A stretch of 62,120 nucleotides of DNA from an uncultured bacterium. GTDB lineage: Bacteria > Bacteroidota > Bacteroidia > Bacteroidales > CAIWKO01. Position numbers and translations under genes: made by a program. The stretch lies in NCBI GenBank assembly GCA_903862465.1, contig CAIOYH010000068.1, forward strand, positions 66,280 to 128,399, read 5' to 3'. The notes below the pieces were generated by a model, which did not search any database, was not told the DNA's origin, and saw only the letters and a list, made by a program, of their open reading frames with translations. The first letter of the stretch is position 1. The number at the start of each line of letters is the position of its first letter. Below, in pieces: positions 9,948 to 19,583 of this stretch.

Positions 9948-11444
9948 TTACTCTATCTTTCCCCCATCATAACTAATCTCCATGCCATCTTCAAAACGAA
10001 TGGTAATTATTTTCAAACCTTCATAGTCATAAATTGTCCAATCGCCTTCTTTTTGTCCCATAATATATTTTCCTTTTTCGCGCACTTTGCCATTGTCCCA
10101 ATAGGTGATATATTCTCCATTTAGGTTGCCTTCGGTGTAACTACACGAAAAATTCACCTCGCCCGTGGAGAAATAATATTTCCATTCGCCTTCGCGCAAA
10201 CCTTCCTGATAGGAGCCTACTTCCTTTTCGTCGCCCACTTGATAGGTCCACGGTCCGTCTTGTTTGCCTTCCACATATTCCCCTTCGAGAATCACGTTGC
10301 CCGAATCGGAAACTTCTTTATAATGTCCGTTTAAAACGCCCTTGGTGAGGTTATCTTCCTTGCGCAAATTTCCCGATTCGAAATACCATTTCCATTTGCC
10401 ATCGGGTTTGCCATTGGTGGCATAGATACCCGTTTGCTCCACTTTGCCGTCTTTATAATAAAATTTCCAAGCACCCTGCCGCAAACCGTTTTTATACTCT
10501 CCTTCGGCTTCTTTTTCGCTCGATTCATAAAACTCTTTCCATAAGCCCTGACGCAAGCCTTTTTCATCAACAATACCTTCGCCCACGATGATACCATTTT
10601 TGTAAACATAGGATTTCACCACTTGCCCTTCAGGCGAAAACTCGCGCCGTATGCCTTCGGGAATATCTTCTTTATAACTTTGTTGAATCTTCACCTTACC
10701 ATTTTTGTAATAATCGGTTTTAACGGTCAAGGTCTGCAATTCGGGAGCGTCATCTATCAAAATATCATTCTCATATTTCAAGATGGAAGTTAGATTGCCT
10801 TTGTTATCATATTCTTTGAAGTAGCCATCTTTTTTTCCATAGTTATAGACGCCTTCCGATTTTATTCTCTCATTTCCATAAAATGTCTTCCAAACCCCAT
10901 GCTCCAAACCATCGCGAAAACGATTTATCTTTTCGGTGTTGATGACATAGCCGCGTTTGTAATCTATCAAAGTGGTGATGCTGCCATCAGGCGAATATTC
11001 TATGCCCAATCCTTCTTCTCTACCATTGATGAAATTTACTTTTGATTTAATTTTTCCATTGGGATACAGATGATAGCTCGTGCTGTCTTTCACATCGTTT
11101 TTAAAATACTCTTCTATGGTTTCTGTCTTCAAATAGGTAGTCCGAAAACCATTCTTCTTGCCCAATTTATAGTTGATACATAGATTCAATTTTCCCGAAT
11201 CGCTATAAAACTTCCAAGTGGAATCTAATTCAAAATTTTTTCGAAACCCTTCTGATTTGATGACGCCATTTTCAAAATAGGTTTTCCAATAGCCGTTGGG
11301 TTTTCCATCTTTCATGGTGCCTTCGCTTGATATTTTTCCCGAAGGATAATAAAACGTGTTGTAGCCATTTTTTGTGATGGTGTCTTGAGCAAAGCTGCCA
11401 AAACTTAGAAACAAGATAAAAATCAGGAAGACATTTTTTTTCAT
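9948..11444 (-). CDS. Secreted MORN-variant/YwqK-like repeat protein
   Basis: Signal peptide; many G-x-W-x-x-Y/F-Y-x-x-G repeats. Confidence 0.85.
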   Translation of the reverse strand: MKKNVFLIFILFLSFGSFAQDTITKNGYNTFYYPSGKISSEGTMKDGKPNGYWKTYFENGVIKSEGFRKNFELDSTWKFYSDSGKLNLCINYKLGKKNGFRTTYLKTETIEEYFKNDVKDSTSYHLYPNGKIKSKVNFINGREEGLGIEYSPDGSITTLIDYKRGYVINTEKINRFRDGLEHGVWKTFYGNERIKSEGVYNYGKKDGYFKEYDNKGNLTSILKYENDILIDDAPELQTLTVKTDYYKNGKVKIQQSYKEDIPEGIRREFSPEGQVVKSYVYKNGIIVGEGIVDEKGLRQGLWKEFYESSEKEAEGEYKNGLRQGAWKFYYKDGKVEQTGIYATNGKPDGKWKWYFESGNLRKEDNLTKGVLNGHYKEVSDSGNVILEGEYVEGKQDGPWTYQVGDEKEVGSYQEGLREGEWKYYFSTGEVNFSCSYTEGNLNGEYITYWDNGKVREKGKYIMGQKEGDWTIYDYEGLKIITIRFEDGMEISYDGGKIE

Positions 11445-11457
11445 AGCGCAGCTATCG

Positions 11458-12390
11458 TTATTTTTTCTTATTATTTGATATTTCCAACATCCGCAGAATC
11501 GGAATTTTGCCTTTTTCGATGATATGCAAAGGTAAGATAATTTCGGGAGTTTCGTTTTCTAAACATGCTAATAACTTTTCGAGGGTATTCAATTTCATGT
11601 ATTCGCAATCGTTACAACTACAGGTTTCATCGTTAGAGGCTATGATAAATTCTTTTTCGGGCGCCGCTTTTTTCATTTGATGAACGATACCTGTCTCGGT
11701 GGCGACGATATATTTCTTAGCATTATCCTGAACAATAAATTTCATCATCGCAGCCGTGGAACCAACAAAATCGGCTATTTCCAAAATGGTAGCTTTACAT
11801 TCGGGATGCGCAATGAGTTTAGCTTCGGGATGAGCAAGTTTCAAATGTATGATAGCTTCTTGATTGAGCATGTCATGAACCTTGCAGCTTCCATCCCACA
11901 ACAGCATATTTCTGCCCGAAATTTTGTTGATATATCCACCTAAATTCTTATCGGGCGCAAAAATCAAAGGCTGATTTTCAGGAAATGAATTCACGATGTC
12001 AACGGCATTTCCCGAAGTGCAAATAACATCCGACAAAGTTTTCACCTCAGCAGAGCAGTTGATATACGAAATAACTTTATGGTCTGGATATTTTTCTTTA
12101 AAAGCTTTAAAATCTTCAAATTTACACGAATCGGCTAAAGAACATCCGGCATTTATGTCAGGTAATAAAACTTTTTTGTCAGGATTTATTATCTTTGCAG
12201 TTTCTGCCATAAAATGAACGCCGGCAAACACGATGATATCAGCATCGGTCGCTGCAGCTTTTTGGGAAAGACCTAAACTGTCTTCAACAAAATCGGCGAT
12301 ATCTTGTATGGCAGGGATTTGATAAAAATGAGCCAATATAACAGCGTTTTTTTGTTTTTTAAGTTGCAGAATTTTGTCTTGAATTGTCAT
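11458..12390 (-). CDS. nadA: Quinolinate synthase A
   Basis: AHFYQ, FAGVHFMAETAK, AGCSLA, YINCSA, GSCKVH, HPEC, CEYMK motifs. Confidence 0.98.
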   Translation of the reverse strand: MTIQDKILQLKKQKNAVILAHFYQIPAIQDIADFVEDSLGLSQKAAATDADIIVFAGVHFMAETAKIINPDKKVLLPDINAGCSLADSCKFEDFKAFKEKYPDHKVISYINCSAEVKTLSDVICTSGNAVDIVNSFPENQPLIFAPDKNLGGYINKISGRNMLLWDGSCKVHDMLNQEAIIHLKLAHPEAKLIAHPECKATILEIADFVGSTAAMMKFIVQDNAKKYIVATETGIVHQMKKAAPEKEFIIASNDETCSCNDCEYMKLNTLEKLLACLENETPEIILPLHIIEKGKIPILRMLEISNNKKK

Positions 12391-12429
12391 GTGAAACGTA
12401 ATTTTTATGCAATGATACGAAGATTTTTT

Positions 12430-12875
12430 TATACCTTATTTATTTATCTTAATAATATATATTTTTATAAAAATAATTATTCTTCTTACTATAGAGTTGT
12501 TAGTACTGTTAGAAAGTCGCTGAAAAAAACTTGCAAAAACCACTTATTAAAAATTACTAACAAAAATGCAAGAGTTATTAGAACGTAAAATTGTAAAAAT
12601 TAATATACTAAAAATTTATCAACAATGATGTGAAAATGTCTGTAGGTGAAAAATTTTATTTAATTTTACCTTGAAAACTTGTTGACAATTTTTGGTAAGT
12701 TTTTGAGGAGCGAACTTATCAAAAGATAAACCAACTTATCAAAGGTTTTGAACATTTGAATTGTTGAAAAAATAAAAGCTTGGCTTTGAAAAAAGTATAA
12801 AAAAAACGTTCTAAAAGAGGGTTAAAAATCAAGAGTATAAAAATAAATAAACAAATAAGTTACTAACAATCGCAA
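12430..12875. other. Candidate replication origin (oriC): AT-rich divergent intergenic region with DnaA-box-like 9-mers
   Basis: TTACTAACA 12554 and 12860, TTATCAACA 12616, TGTTGACAA 12680, TTATCAAAA 12716, TTATCAAAG 12736, TTTTGAACA 12746, TGTTGAAAA 12762, TGTTAGTAC 12498; very AT-rich tract 12430-12490; parS pair 20 kb away. Confidence 0.5.
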
Positions 12876-12879
12876 ATTA

Positions 12880-13320
12880 ATGGAAACAATAGGAATTGGA
12901 TGTGATCATGCAGGCTACGATTTGAAAGAAATCATGAAACACTATTTGGAATCAAAAGGCTATAATGTAAAGGATTACGGAACATCGAGTAACCAAAGTG
13001 TGGATTATCCCGATTTTATTCATCCATTGGCTTCCGATATTGATAAAGGAGTTTATCAAAGAGGTATTATTATATGCGGCAGCGGAAATGGCGTTTCGAT
13101 GACGGCAAATAAGTATATGAATGTTCGGGCTGCCTTATGTTGGAAGGCGGAAATTGCCGAAATGGCGCGCTTGCATAATGATGCCAACATTCTATCTCTT
13201 CCTGCACGTTATATAACTGTTGATGAAGCAAAGCAAATTGTAGATATATTTCTCCACACCGCTTTCGAAGGCGGACGACATAAAGTTAGAGTTCAAAAGA
13301 TAAAAAACATTATTGTATAA
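12880..13320 (+). CDS. rpiB: Ribose-5-phosphate isomerase B
   Basis: IGCDHAG, VDYPD, CGSGNG, HNDAN, FEGGRH motifs. Confidence 0.98.
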   Translation: METIGIGCDHAGYDLKEIMKHYLESKGYNVKDYGTSSNQSVDYPDFIHPLASDIDKGVYQRGIIICGSGNGVSMTANKYMNVRAALCWKAEIAEMARLHNDANILSLPARYITVDEAKQIVDIFLHTAFEGGRHKVRVQKIKNIIV

Positions 13321-13323
13321 GAT

Positions 13324-14706
13324 ATGAGCGACAAACAAAAAGAATTTTCACGGAAAGCCGAAAACAAAGCGTTCGACAAAACGCATCGGAAGATTTTAAA
13401 TTTCAATATTGGTAAATACGACGCTGCCGTGCTTCGCGGCAAAGAACAATTCGCAAATCTGCCCTTGGCGAAGCAGCGCATATCGGTGATAAAACATCGT
13501 GCGGTGAACGATATGGAAGATTATTTGAAAGAGTTTGAATATAATTTCACCAAAAACGGCGGCAAGGTGATTTGGGCACAAAATGCTCAGGTTGCCATCG
13601 AAGAAATTGTGAAGATATGTGTGAAAGCCGAAGCCACCAAGATAGTGAAGTCAAAATCTATGGCAACGGAGGAGCTCGATTTTAATGAGGAATTGGAAAA
13701 ACATCACATAGAATCGGTGGAAACAGATTTGGGCGAATATATAGTGCAGATTGCCGGCGAAAAACCCTATCATATCATCACCCCGGCGATGCACAAATCG
13801 AAAGAGGATGTGGCAAAGCTTTTCAATGAGAAGTTTAATTTGCCTATTGAAAGCACTCCCGAACAAATCACGGCTTTTGTGCGCGAACTGTTGCGCGATA
13901 AGTTTGTCAATGCTGAAATAGGTGTTTCGGGTGTCAATTTTATTTTGCCCGATGTGGGCGCAATTGCGCTGACGGAAAACGAAGGCAATGCCCTGATGTC
14001 GGTTTCTTTCCCCAAGATACATATCGCGATAGCAGGTATTGACAAAATCATTCCTTCGATGAAAGATTTGGGATTGATTTGGCCCGTGTTGGCAGCTCAT
14101 GGCACAGGGCAGAACATTACCGTGTATAATTCCATCCTTTCCGGTCCGCGCCAAGAAGGCGAAACAGACGGACCCGAAGAGATGTATGTGGTGTTGTTAG
14201 ACAACGGACGCTCCAACCTGTTGGCACAAAAAGACCAAAAGGTGGCGTTCACGTGCATACGCTGCGGCGCTTGTTTGAATGCCTGCCCTGTGTATAAAAA
14301 CATTGGTGGACACACCTACGACGTGGTATATACCGGTCCTATCGGCTCAGTGGTTACGCCTCACATCAGCGGTATGAAAGAATACAAACATTTGAGTTTC
14401 GCCTCATCGCTCTGCGGAAAATGTACGGAAGTGTGTCCGGCAGGCATTAAATTGCATAAACTATTGCTCTATAACCGACGCGACGTGGTGGAACAACATC
14501 TATCGCGCTACATGGATAGAATTGTGATGTATGGTTGGAAAAAAGCCATGCTCAACCGTTGGATACTCGACAAACCCAGCGCGAAAATGAAGAACTCGGT
14601 CATCCGTTTGTTTTTCCGCAAAGCTTGGGGTCCGCGCCGCGATGTGCCTGTGGTGCAACCCAAATCGTTTAATCAGATGTGGAATGAAATGAAGGGCATA
14701 AAATAA
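13324..14706 (+). CDS. lutB: LutB/LldF-family lactate-utilisation iron-sulfur protein
   Basis: ETDLGEYIVQ, HIITPAMH, TENEGNA; two 4Fe-4S motifs (CIRCGACLNACP, SLCGKCTEVCP). Confidence 0.93.
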   Translation: MSDKQKEFSRKAENKAFDKTHRKILNFNIGKYDAAVLRGKEQFANLPLAKQRISVIKHRAVNDMEDYLKEFEYNFTKNGGKVIWAQNAQVAIEEIVKICVKAEATKIVKSKSMATEELDFNEELEKHHIESVETDLGEYIVQIAGEKPYHIITPAMHKSKEDVAKLFNEKFNLPIESTPEQITAFVRELLRDKFVNAEIGVSGVNFILPDVGAIALTENEGNALMSVSFPKIHIAIAGIDKIIPSMKDLGLIWPVLAAHGTGQNITVYNSILSGPRQEGETDGPEEMYVVLLDNGRSNLLAQKDQKVAFTCIRCGACLNACPVYKNIGGHTYDVVYTGPIGSVVTPHISGMKEYKHLSFASSLCGKCTEVCPAGIKLHKLLLYNRRDVVEQHLSRYMDRIVMYGWKKAMLNRWILDKPSAKMKNSVIRLFFRKAWGPRRDVPVVQPKSFNQMWNEMKGIK

Positions 14707-14712
14707 CCCCGA

Positions 14713-15198
14713 ATGAAAAAGATTTTGGCTTTCGATTGTGATCTGACGGAGGATTATAGTGCCATTGCGCTCAGCACTCATCTGAAAGATTACAAACTTT
14801 GTTGGAATCTGAATACGGTTTTAGATATCAATCTGCAAAAAAATACCAATTTCGTTTCCTCCAAAAAGAAACCAAACCTCGAAGAATATTCTTTTTTTTA
14901 TCATGAGGATAAAGAACAGAGAAGCGTTCTCTGTCTATTGGCAAACAAAAAAAACAATGTGTTGCTGTTGGATAAAATGCCCGAGACTGACTTTCTGCTG
15001 CTGATAAAAGGCAAGATGAGTGCCGATAAAATCAAAGCGATGATAAAAACCATCCGCAGCATCACCAACATATTGACCGCTTTTGTCATCAACATGGCAA
15101 AATATAGCGAAATGAATAGCTTGCTGAGCGATTTGGAACTACATTGCATTCAGGTGTTGCCGAAAGAGGAAAAGAGGCGGGGGAAGGAAGGGGTTTAG
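14713..15198 (+). CDS. IPExxxVDY-family protein
   Basis: LKDYKLCWNLN and MPETDFLL motifs typical of this Bacteroidota family. Confidence 0.75.
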   Translation: MKKILAFDCDLTEDYSAIALSTHLKDYKLCWNLNTVLDINLQKNTNFVSSKKKPNLEEYSFFYHEDKEQRSVLCLLANKKNNVLLLDKMPETDFLLLIKGKMSADKIKAMIKTIRSITNILTAFVINMAKYSEMNSLLSDLELHCIQVLPKEEKRRGKEGV

Positions 15199-15315
15199 TT
15201 TTTTTTGTGGAAAACAATTTTAAGGTCCAACCAACAGCAGGTATAGATGATGATGGTATATTCATAAATACATCCGAAATCGTACTTGAAATGGTCTTGC
15301 TGATCGAAACCCTCC

Positions 15316-15527
15316 AATGCAGTTGTATATGCCCATCCCTGCCGAGGGTGATGCACTAATACAGTTGTCGGGGATAGTTCCGCACGAGCGGAATGCTCCA
15401 ATACAGTTGTCGGGGATAGTTCCGCACAAGCGGAATGCTCCAATACAGTTGTCGGGGATAGTTTCGCACGAGCGGAATGCCCCAATACAGTTGTATAGGA
15501 TAGTTTCGCACGAGCGGAATGCTCCAA
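15316..15527. repeat. Tandem array A3: 42-bp period, consensus AATACAGTTGTCGGGGATAGTTCCGCACGAGCGGAATGCTCC
   Basis: Units at 15358, 15400, 15442, 15484, plus a divergent unit at 15316; internal hairpin TTCCGC-ACGA-GCGGAA (stem substituted to TTTCGC in the last two units). Confidence 0.95.
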
Positions 15528-15595
15528 GTACGATTTCAACCCTCATTTCCATTAGCAACTCCAAGCCTATAAGCCATTTACATTTATTTAGATAA

Positions 15596-15697
15596 AATCT
15601 CCTAAAAATAAATATCTCAAATCTGCCTGCAGGAGTTTATATCATTAAAATTCTTCCCGATAAAAGCAGGTTTCGGCAGAAGGTTATTAAAGAATAA
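15596..15697 (+). pseudogene. Orphan T9SS type-A C-terminal sorting-domain remnant
   Basis: Reads NLLKINISNLPAGVYIIKILPDKSRFRQKVIKE*, the typical CTD ending, but has an in-frame TAA at 15593 and no start codon. Confidence 0.7.
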
Positions 15698-15753
15698 AGA
15701 TTAATAACTAAAGAAAATTTAGTACTTTTGCAATACATTTAAGCAAGCAAAGC

Positions 15754-16086
15754 ATGAATACACAACAAATGAATCGGAACAGTCCCCTTATGATAACCAT
15801 AAAACAATTGGTGCATAATGTAGCACCCAATGCTAAAGTGATAGTGTATGGTTCGTATGCGCGTGGGGAACAAACAAGCAATTCGGATGTAGATCTGTTG
15901 ATATTGCTCGATAAAAATATCGTAACGTTTAAGGAGGAACAACAAATTAAGTCGCCTTTATATGATTTAGAATTTGAAACGGGACAGATTATTAGTCCGC
16001 TTATATTATCTCAAATTGCTTGGGAACAAAGGCACCGTATCACCCCGTTTTATGATAATGTTTCTAAAGAAGGAATAGAATTATGA
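15754..16086 (+). CDS. MNT (minimal nucleotidyltransferase) antitoxin
   Basis: YGSYARG...SDVDLL motif, 110 aa, 4-bp overlap with the HEPN gene. Confidence 0.92.
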   Translation: MNTQQMNRNSPLMITIKQLVHNVAPNAKVIVYGSYARGEQTSNSDVDLLILLDKNIVTFKEEQQIKSPLYDLEFETGQIISPLILSQIAWEQRHRITPFYDNVSKEGIEL

Positions 16087-16481
16087 ACTCTGACGACATA
16101 AAAGAACTAGTTGCATATCGTCTCCAACGGTCGAAAGAGACCAAAGCCGAAGTGCCGACTTTAATAAAACTTGGATATTATAACACGGCGGTCAACAGAA
16201 TTTATTATGCCTGTTTTTATGCCGTAAATGCTTTATTACTGAAAGATGGAATAGCAGCCAAAAGGCACGATGGAGTGCGACAAATGTTAGGATTACACTA
16301 CGTTAAAACAGGTATGATACCCAAAGAGCTTGCCAAGTATTATACAGATTTATTTGATAGGCGCCAAACGGGGGATTATGATGATTTCCTTGACTATGAC
16401 AAAGAAACGGTTGAAGAATTGTATAAACCCGCCAATGATTTTATCAAGGCGATTGAAGACATAATCTCTACTAAAATGTAA
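16083..16481 (+). CDS. HEPN-domain toxin (MNT-HEPN toxin-antitoxin pair)
   Basis: AVNRIYYACFYA, KRHDG and RQTGDYD motifs; coupled to MNT. Confidence 0.9.
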   Translation: MNSDDIKELVAYRLQRSKETKAEVPTLIKLGYYNTAVNRIYYACFYAVNALLLKDGIAAKRHDGVRQMLGLHYVKTGMIPKELAKYYTDLFDRRQTGDYDDFLDYDKETVEELYKPANDFIKAIEDIISTKM

Positions 16482-16530
16482 AAAGAAAACCACCGACCTC
16501 CAGATTAAAAACCTGCAAATCGGTGGCTAT

Positions 16531-16560
16531 TGTAGGGGCAGAAAATCTTCTGCCCCTACA
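16531..16560. repeat. GTAG-type REP palindrome / possible bidirectional terminator
   Basis: TGTAGGGGCAGAA-AATC-TTCTGCCCCTACA, a perfect 13-bp stem between convergent genes. Confidence 0.8.
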
Positions 16561-16571
16561 GGTTTTTTATC

Positions 16572-17606
16572 CTATATCTCCCAAGTGTCGCCGCTATTAA
16601 GCAAATCGTCCACGTTGCGGATTTTGGTGTTTTCTTTGGCGTTCTTAATTTGTTCTTCTACCATATCGTCGTAGGTAGAATACATTGCTGAACGGATGAC
16701 GCCCATAGCCACAGGAAAATGTGGTAAGGACATTTTGGCTAACATCAGATGCATGGATGGGTCTTGTGAATATTGATCGTGAATCAACAGATCTTCTTCG
16801 GTAACGCCATTTTCGCCGATAGTTACTACTTCCAAACCGCCCTGAGCTAAACGCAAACCTTTTTCACGGTTCTTGCCAAAAATCATGGCTTCGTTGTTTT
16901 TTAGATAGATTTGGTTGTCGTCTCGGAGGTCTTTTGAAGTGATTTGGGTGTGGGCAGCGTCGTTATAAATCACGCAATTCTCCAAGATTTCAATCACTGA
17001 AGTGCCGTCGTGGCGTGCTGCTTCGAGCATCACTTCGGTCATAATTTTCACGTTGGTGTCCACCGCTCTTGCAAAGAATGTGCCTTGGGCACCCAAGACC
17101 AATTCGCCAGGGTTAAAAGGATGTTCAATGGTTCCTTGTGGAGATGTTTTGGTGACGCTGCCTATGGGCGAGGTGGGCGAATATTGTCCTTTGGTCAATC
17201 CATAAATCTGATTGTTGAAGAGCATGATGTTCACATCCACATTGCGACGTATGGTATGTATGAAATGGTTTCCGCCAATAGCCATGGAGTCGCCATCGCC
17301 TGTAGCTATCCAAACGCTCAGATGTGGATTGGACACTTTTACACCCGTAGCAATAGCATTTGCACGACCATGGATGCCATGAAAGCCATAGGTGTTAACA
17401 TAATAAGGAAAGCGCGATGAGCAGCCGATACCGGACACCATGCAGAAGTTTTCTTTGCGATATCCAATTTTAGGAAACACGTTGGCAACCGAAGCCAAAA
17501 TAGCATGACCACCACAACCCGGGCACCATTTGACCATTTGGTCGCTTACGAAATCAGTTTTTGTTAAAGGAACCCTTGAACGTTCTACTGTTAAATTTTC
17601 TTCCAT
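16572..17606 (-). CDS. korB: 2-oxoacid:ferredoxin oxidoreductase beta subunit (TPP-binding)
   Basis: WCPGCG, SGIGCSSR, HGRA, GDGDSMAIGGNH, NNQIYGLTKGQYSPT; substrate specificity not determinable. Confidence 0.93.
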   Translation of the reverse strand: MEENLTVERSRVPLTKTDFVSDQMVKWCPGCGGHAILASVANVFPKIGYRKENFCMVSGIGCSSRFPYYVNTYGFHGIHGRANAIATGVKVSNPHLSVWIATGDGDSMAIGGNHFIHTIRRNVDVNIMLFNNQIYGLTKGQYSPTSPIGSVTKTSPQGTIEHPFNPGELVLGAQGTFFARAVDTNVKIMTEVMLEAARHDGTSVIEILENCVIYNDAAHTQITSKDLRDDNQIYLKNNEAMIFGKNREKGLRLAQGGLEVVTIGENGVTEEDLLIHDQYSQDPSMHLMLAKMSLPHFPVAMGVIRSAMYSTYDDMVEEQIKNAKENTKIRNVDDLLNSGDTWEI

Positions 17607-17609
17607 ATC

Positions 17610-19460
17610 TTATATCTCCTTTAAAATTTGATTAAACTTATCTGACAATTCAGAAACATTGAAAGGCAAGCCCTGAACTTTGTTATATTGTGTGTAGTTA
17701 TATTTCGGGAAATTTATTTTCAGATATTGAACAAATTGACCGGAATTGAGTTCGCACACTACTATTTGTTTGTATTTGCTTAGAATTTCTTCAGTGTTTT
17801 TAGGCAATGGCATGATATATTTGAAATGACAATGAGAGATTTTCTTTCCTTCATTAATCAAATCTTCTACAGCTGTGTGAACAGCGCCATAAGTGCCGCC
17901 CCAACTAACGACTAACAAATCGCCTTCAGCAGCACCTGTCACTTCTTGCAAAGGAAGGGTGTCGGCAACTTTCATCACTTTGTTGTAGCGCAAATCGGTC
18001 ATCAATTGATGATTTGCAGGATCCATGCTTACGTTGCCAATGCCGTTTTCTTTTTCCAAACCTCCTACCCTATGGCGCAAACCTTCGGTTCCGGGCAATG
18101 CCCATTTGCGTACCAAGGTATTTGGGTCTCTTTTGAAAGGTTGAAAGTCTTTATCGTTAGCTTCAGCAATGGGAGGTGTGATGGAAGCAAGGCTAGCAGT
18201 TTTAGGAATACGGAAAAGTTCGGAGCCCTGACCGATATAACCATCGGTGAGTAATATGACGGGCGTCATGTGTTCCATAGATATTTTTGCCGATTCATAA
18301 GCAGCGTAAAAACAATCGGAAGGAGAAGCCGCAGCCATAACCACTAATGGACATTCGCCATTGCGACCATACAATGCTTGCATCAAATCGGATTGCTCTG
18401 ATTTGGTAGGCAATCCTGTGGAAGGTCCACCGCGTTGCACGTTGACAATAACCAAAGGCAATTCGGTGATAACAGCCAATCCCATTGCTTCACTTTTCAG
18501 CGATAAACCGGGACCGGAAGTGGTGGTGAGAGCCATAGAGCCCGCATAACTTGCACCGATAGCCGAACAAATACCGGCAATCTCGTCTTCTGCTTGAAAT
18601 ACTTTTGCTCCTAAGTTTTTGTATTTCGATAATTCCATCAATATCTCGGTTGCAGGGGTGATAGGATATGAACCTAAAAACAATGGTCTGCCCGAACGTT
18701 CGGCAGCCGCTAGGAAGCCCCAAGCAGTTGCGATGTTACCTGAAATGTTGCGATAGCGACCTTTATCTAATGCAGCAGCAGGAACATTATAAGTGATGCT
18801 CATGGCTTCCACAGTTTCGGCATAGTTATAACCAGCCATTAAAGCCAATTTGTTAGCTTCAACAATAATAGGTTTCTTTTTAAATTTCTTGGCAAAGAAA
18901 TCGAAAGCTTTATCTTGTTTCCAATTAAACATGAAATACATCATACCCAAAGCAAACATATTTCTTGATTTTTCGGCAGTTTTGTTGTCGAGATTCAAAG
19001 ATGCCAAGGCTTCTTTGGTCAAGGTGGTGATAGGCGCTTGGATGACGTTATAATCGCTCAAACTTCCATCTTCAAGAGGATTCACCGTGTAACCCGATTT
19101 TTCGAATACCTTATCATTATAAGTATCATAATCGGTGATAATGGTTGCACCTTTTTTTGCCCATTTTAAATTTGATTTCAAAGAGGCAGGGTTCATTGCT
19201 ACTAACACATCACACATATCGCCGGAGCTATAAACACGTTTGTGCCCAATATGAACCTGAAAGCCCGAAACACCGGCTATGGTATTGATTGGTCCACGAA
19301 TTTCCGCCGGATAGTCGGGGAAGTTAGCTAAATCGTTGCCTTCGAGGGCAGCGGTATCAGAAAAAAGGTTGCCTGTAAGTTGCATGCCATCACCAGAATC
19401 GCCCACAAATTTTACAACAACGTCTTCTTTCGTTATCACATCATTTTTCTTTTTTGTCAT
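17610..19460 (-). CDS. korA: 2-oxoacid:acceptor oxidoreductase alpha subunit (fused gamma domain)
   Basis: GDSGDGMQLTG, YPAEIRGP, YPITPATE, QAEDE, TSGPGLSLK, QRGGPSTGLPTK; ATG 19460 preferred. Confidence 0.93.
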   Translation of the reverse strand: MTKKKNDVITKEDVVVKFVGDSGDGMQLTGNLFSDTAALEGNDLANFPDYPAEIRGPINTIAGVSGFQVHIGHKRVYSSGDMCDVLVAMNPASLKSNLKWAKKGATIITDYDTYNDKVFEKSGYTVNPLEDGSLSDYNVIQAPITTLTKEALASLNLDNKTAEKSRNMFALGMMYFMFNWKQDKAFDFFAKKFKKKPIIVEANKLALMAGYNYAETVEAMSITYNVPAAALDKGRYRNISGNIATAWGFLAAAERSGRPLFLGSYPITPATEILMELSKYKNLGAKVFQAEDEIAGICSAIGASYAGSMALTTTSGPGLSLKSEAMGLAVITELPLVIVNVQRGGPSTGLPTKSEQSDLMQALYGRNGECPLVVMAAASPSDCFYAAYESAKISMEHMTPVILLTDGYIGQGSELFRIPKTASLASITPPIAEANDKDFQPFKRDPNTLVRKWALPGTEGLRHRVGGLEKENGIGNVSMDPANHQLMTDLRYNKVMKVADTLPLQEVTGAAEGDLLVVSWGGTYGAVHTAVEDLINEGKKISHCHFKYIMPLPKNTEEILSKYKQIVVCELNSGQFVQYLKINFPKYNYTQYNKVQGLPFNVSELSDKFNQILKEI

Positions 19461-19529
19461 GGTTTTAAAAAATTTTTGCAAAGGTATAAGTTTTATATTT
19501 AATGGAGGGATTTTTTCAAGTTTATTTAT

Positions 19530-19560
19530 AAAAAAAGGGCTATGAAATTTATCATAGCCC
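19530..19560 (-). terminator. Intrinsic terminator of the susCD operon
   Basis: GGGCTATGA/TCATAGCCC stem followed by a T-run on the minus strand. Confidence 0.85.
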
Positions 19561-19583
19561 CTTTTTAGTAATAAAATTAGAGA

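Noticed and set aside
9948-11444. YwqK-like protein as a toxin-antitoxin component
   Set aside because: It has a signal peptide, sits downstream of nadA and has no adjacent toxin; it is better read as a generic MORN-variant repeat protein.
15195-15595. ORFs on both strands over A3
   Set aside because: By-products of a 42-bp repeat with no start context; not annotated as genes.
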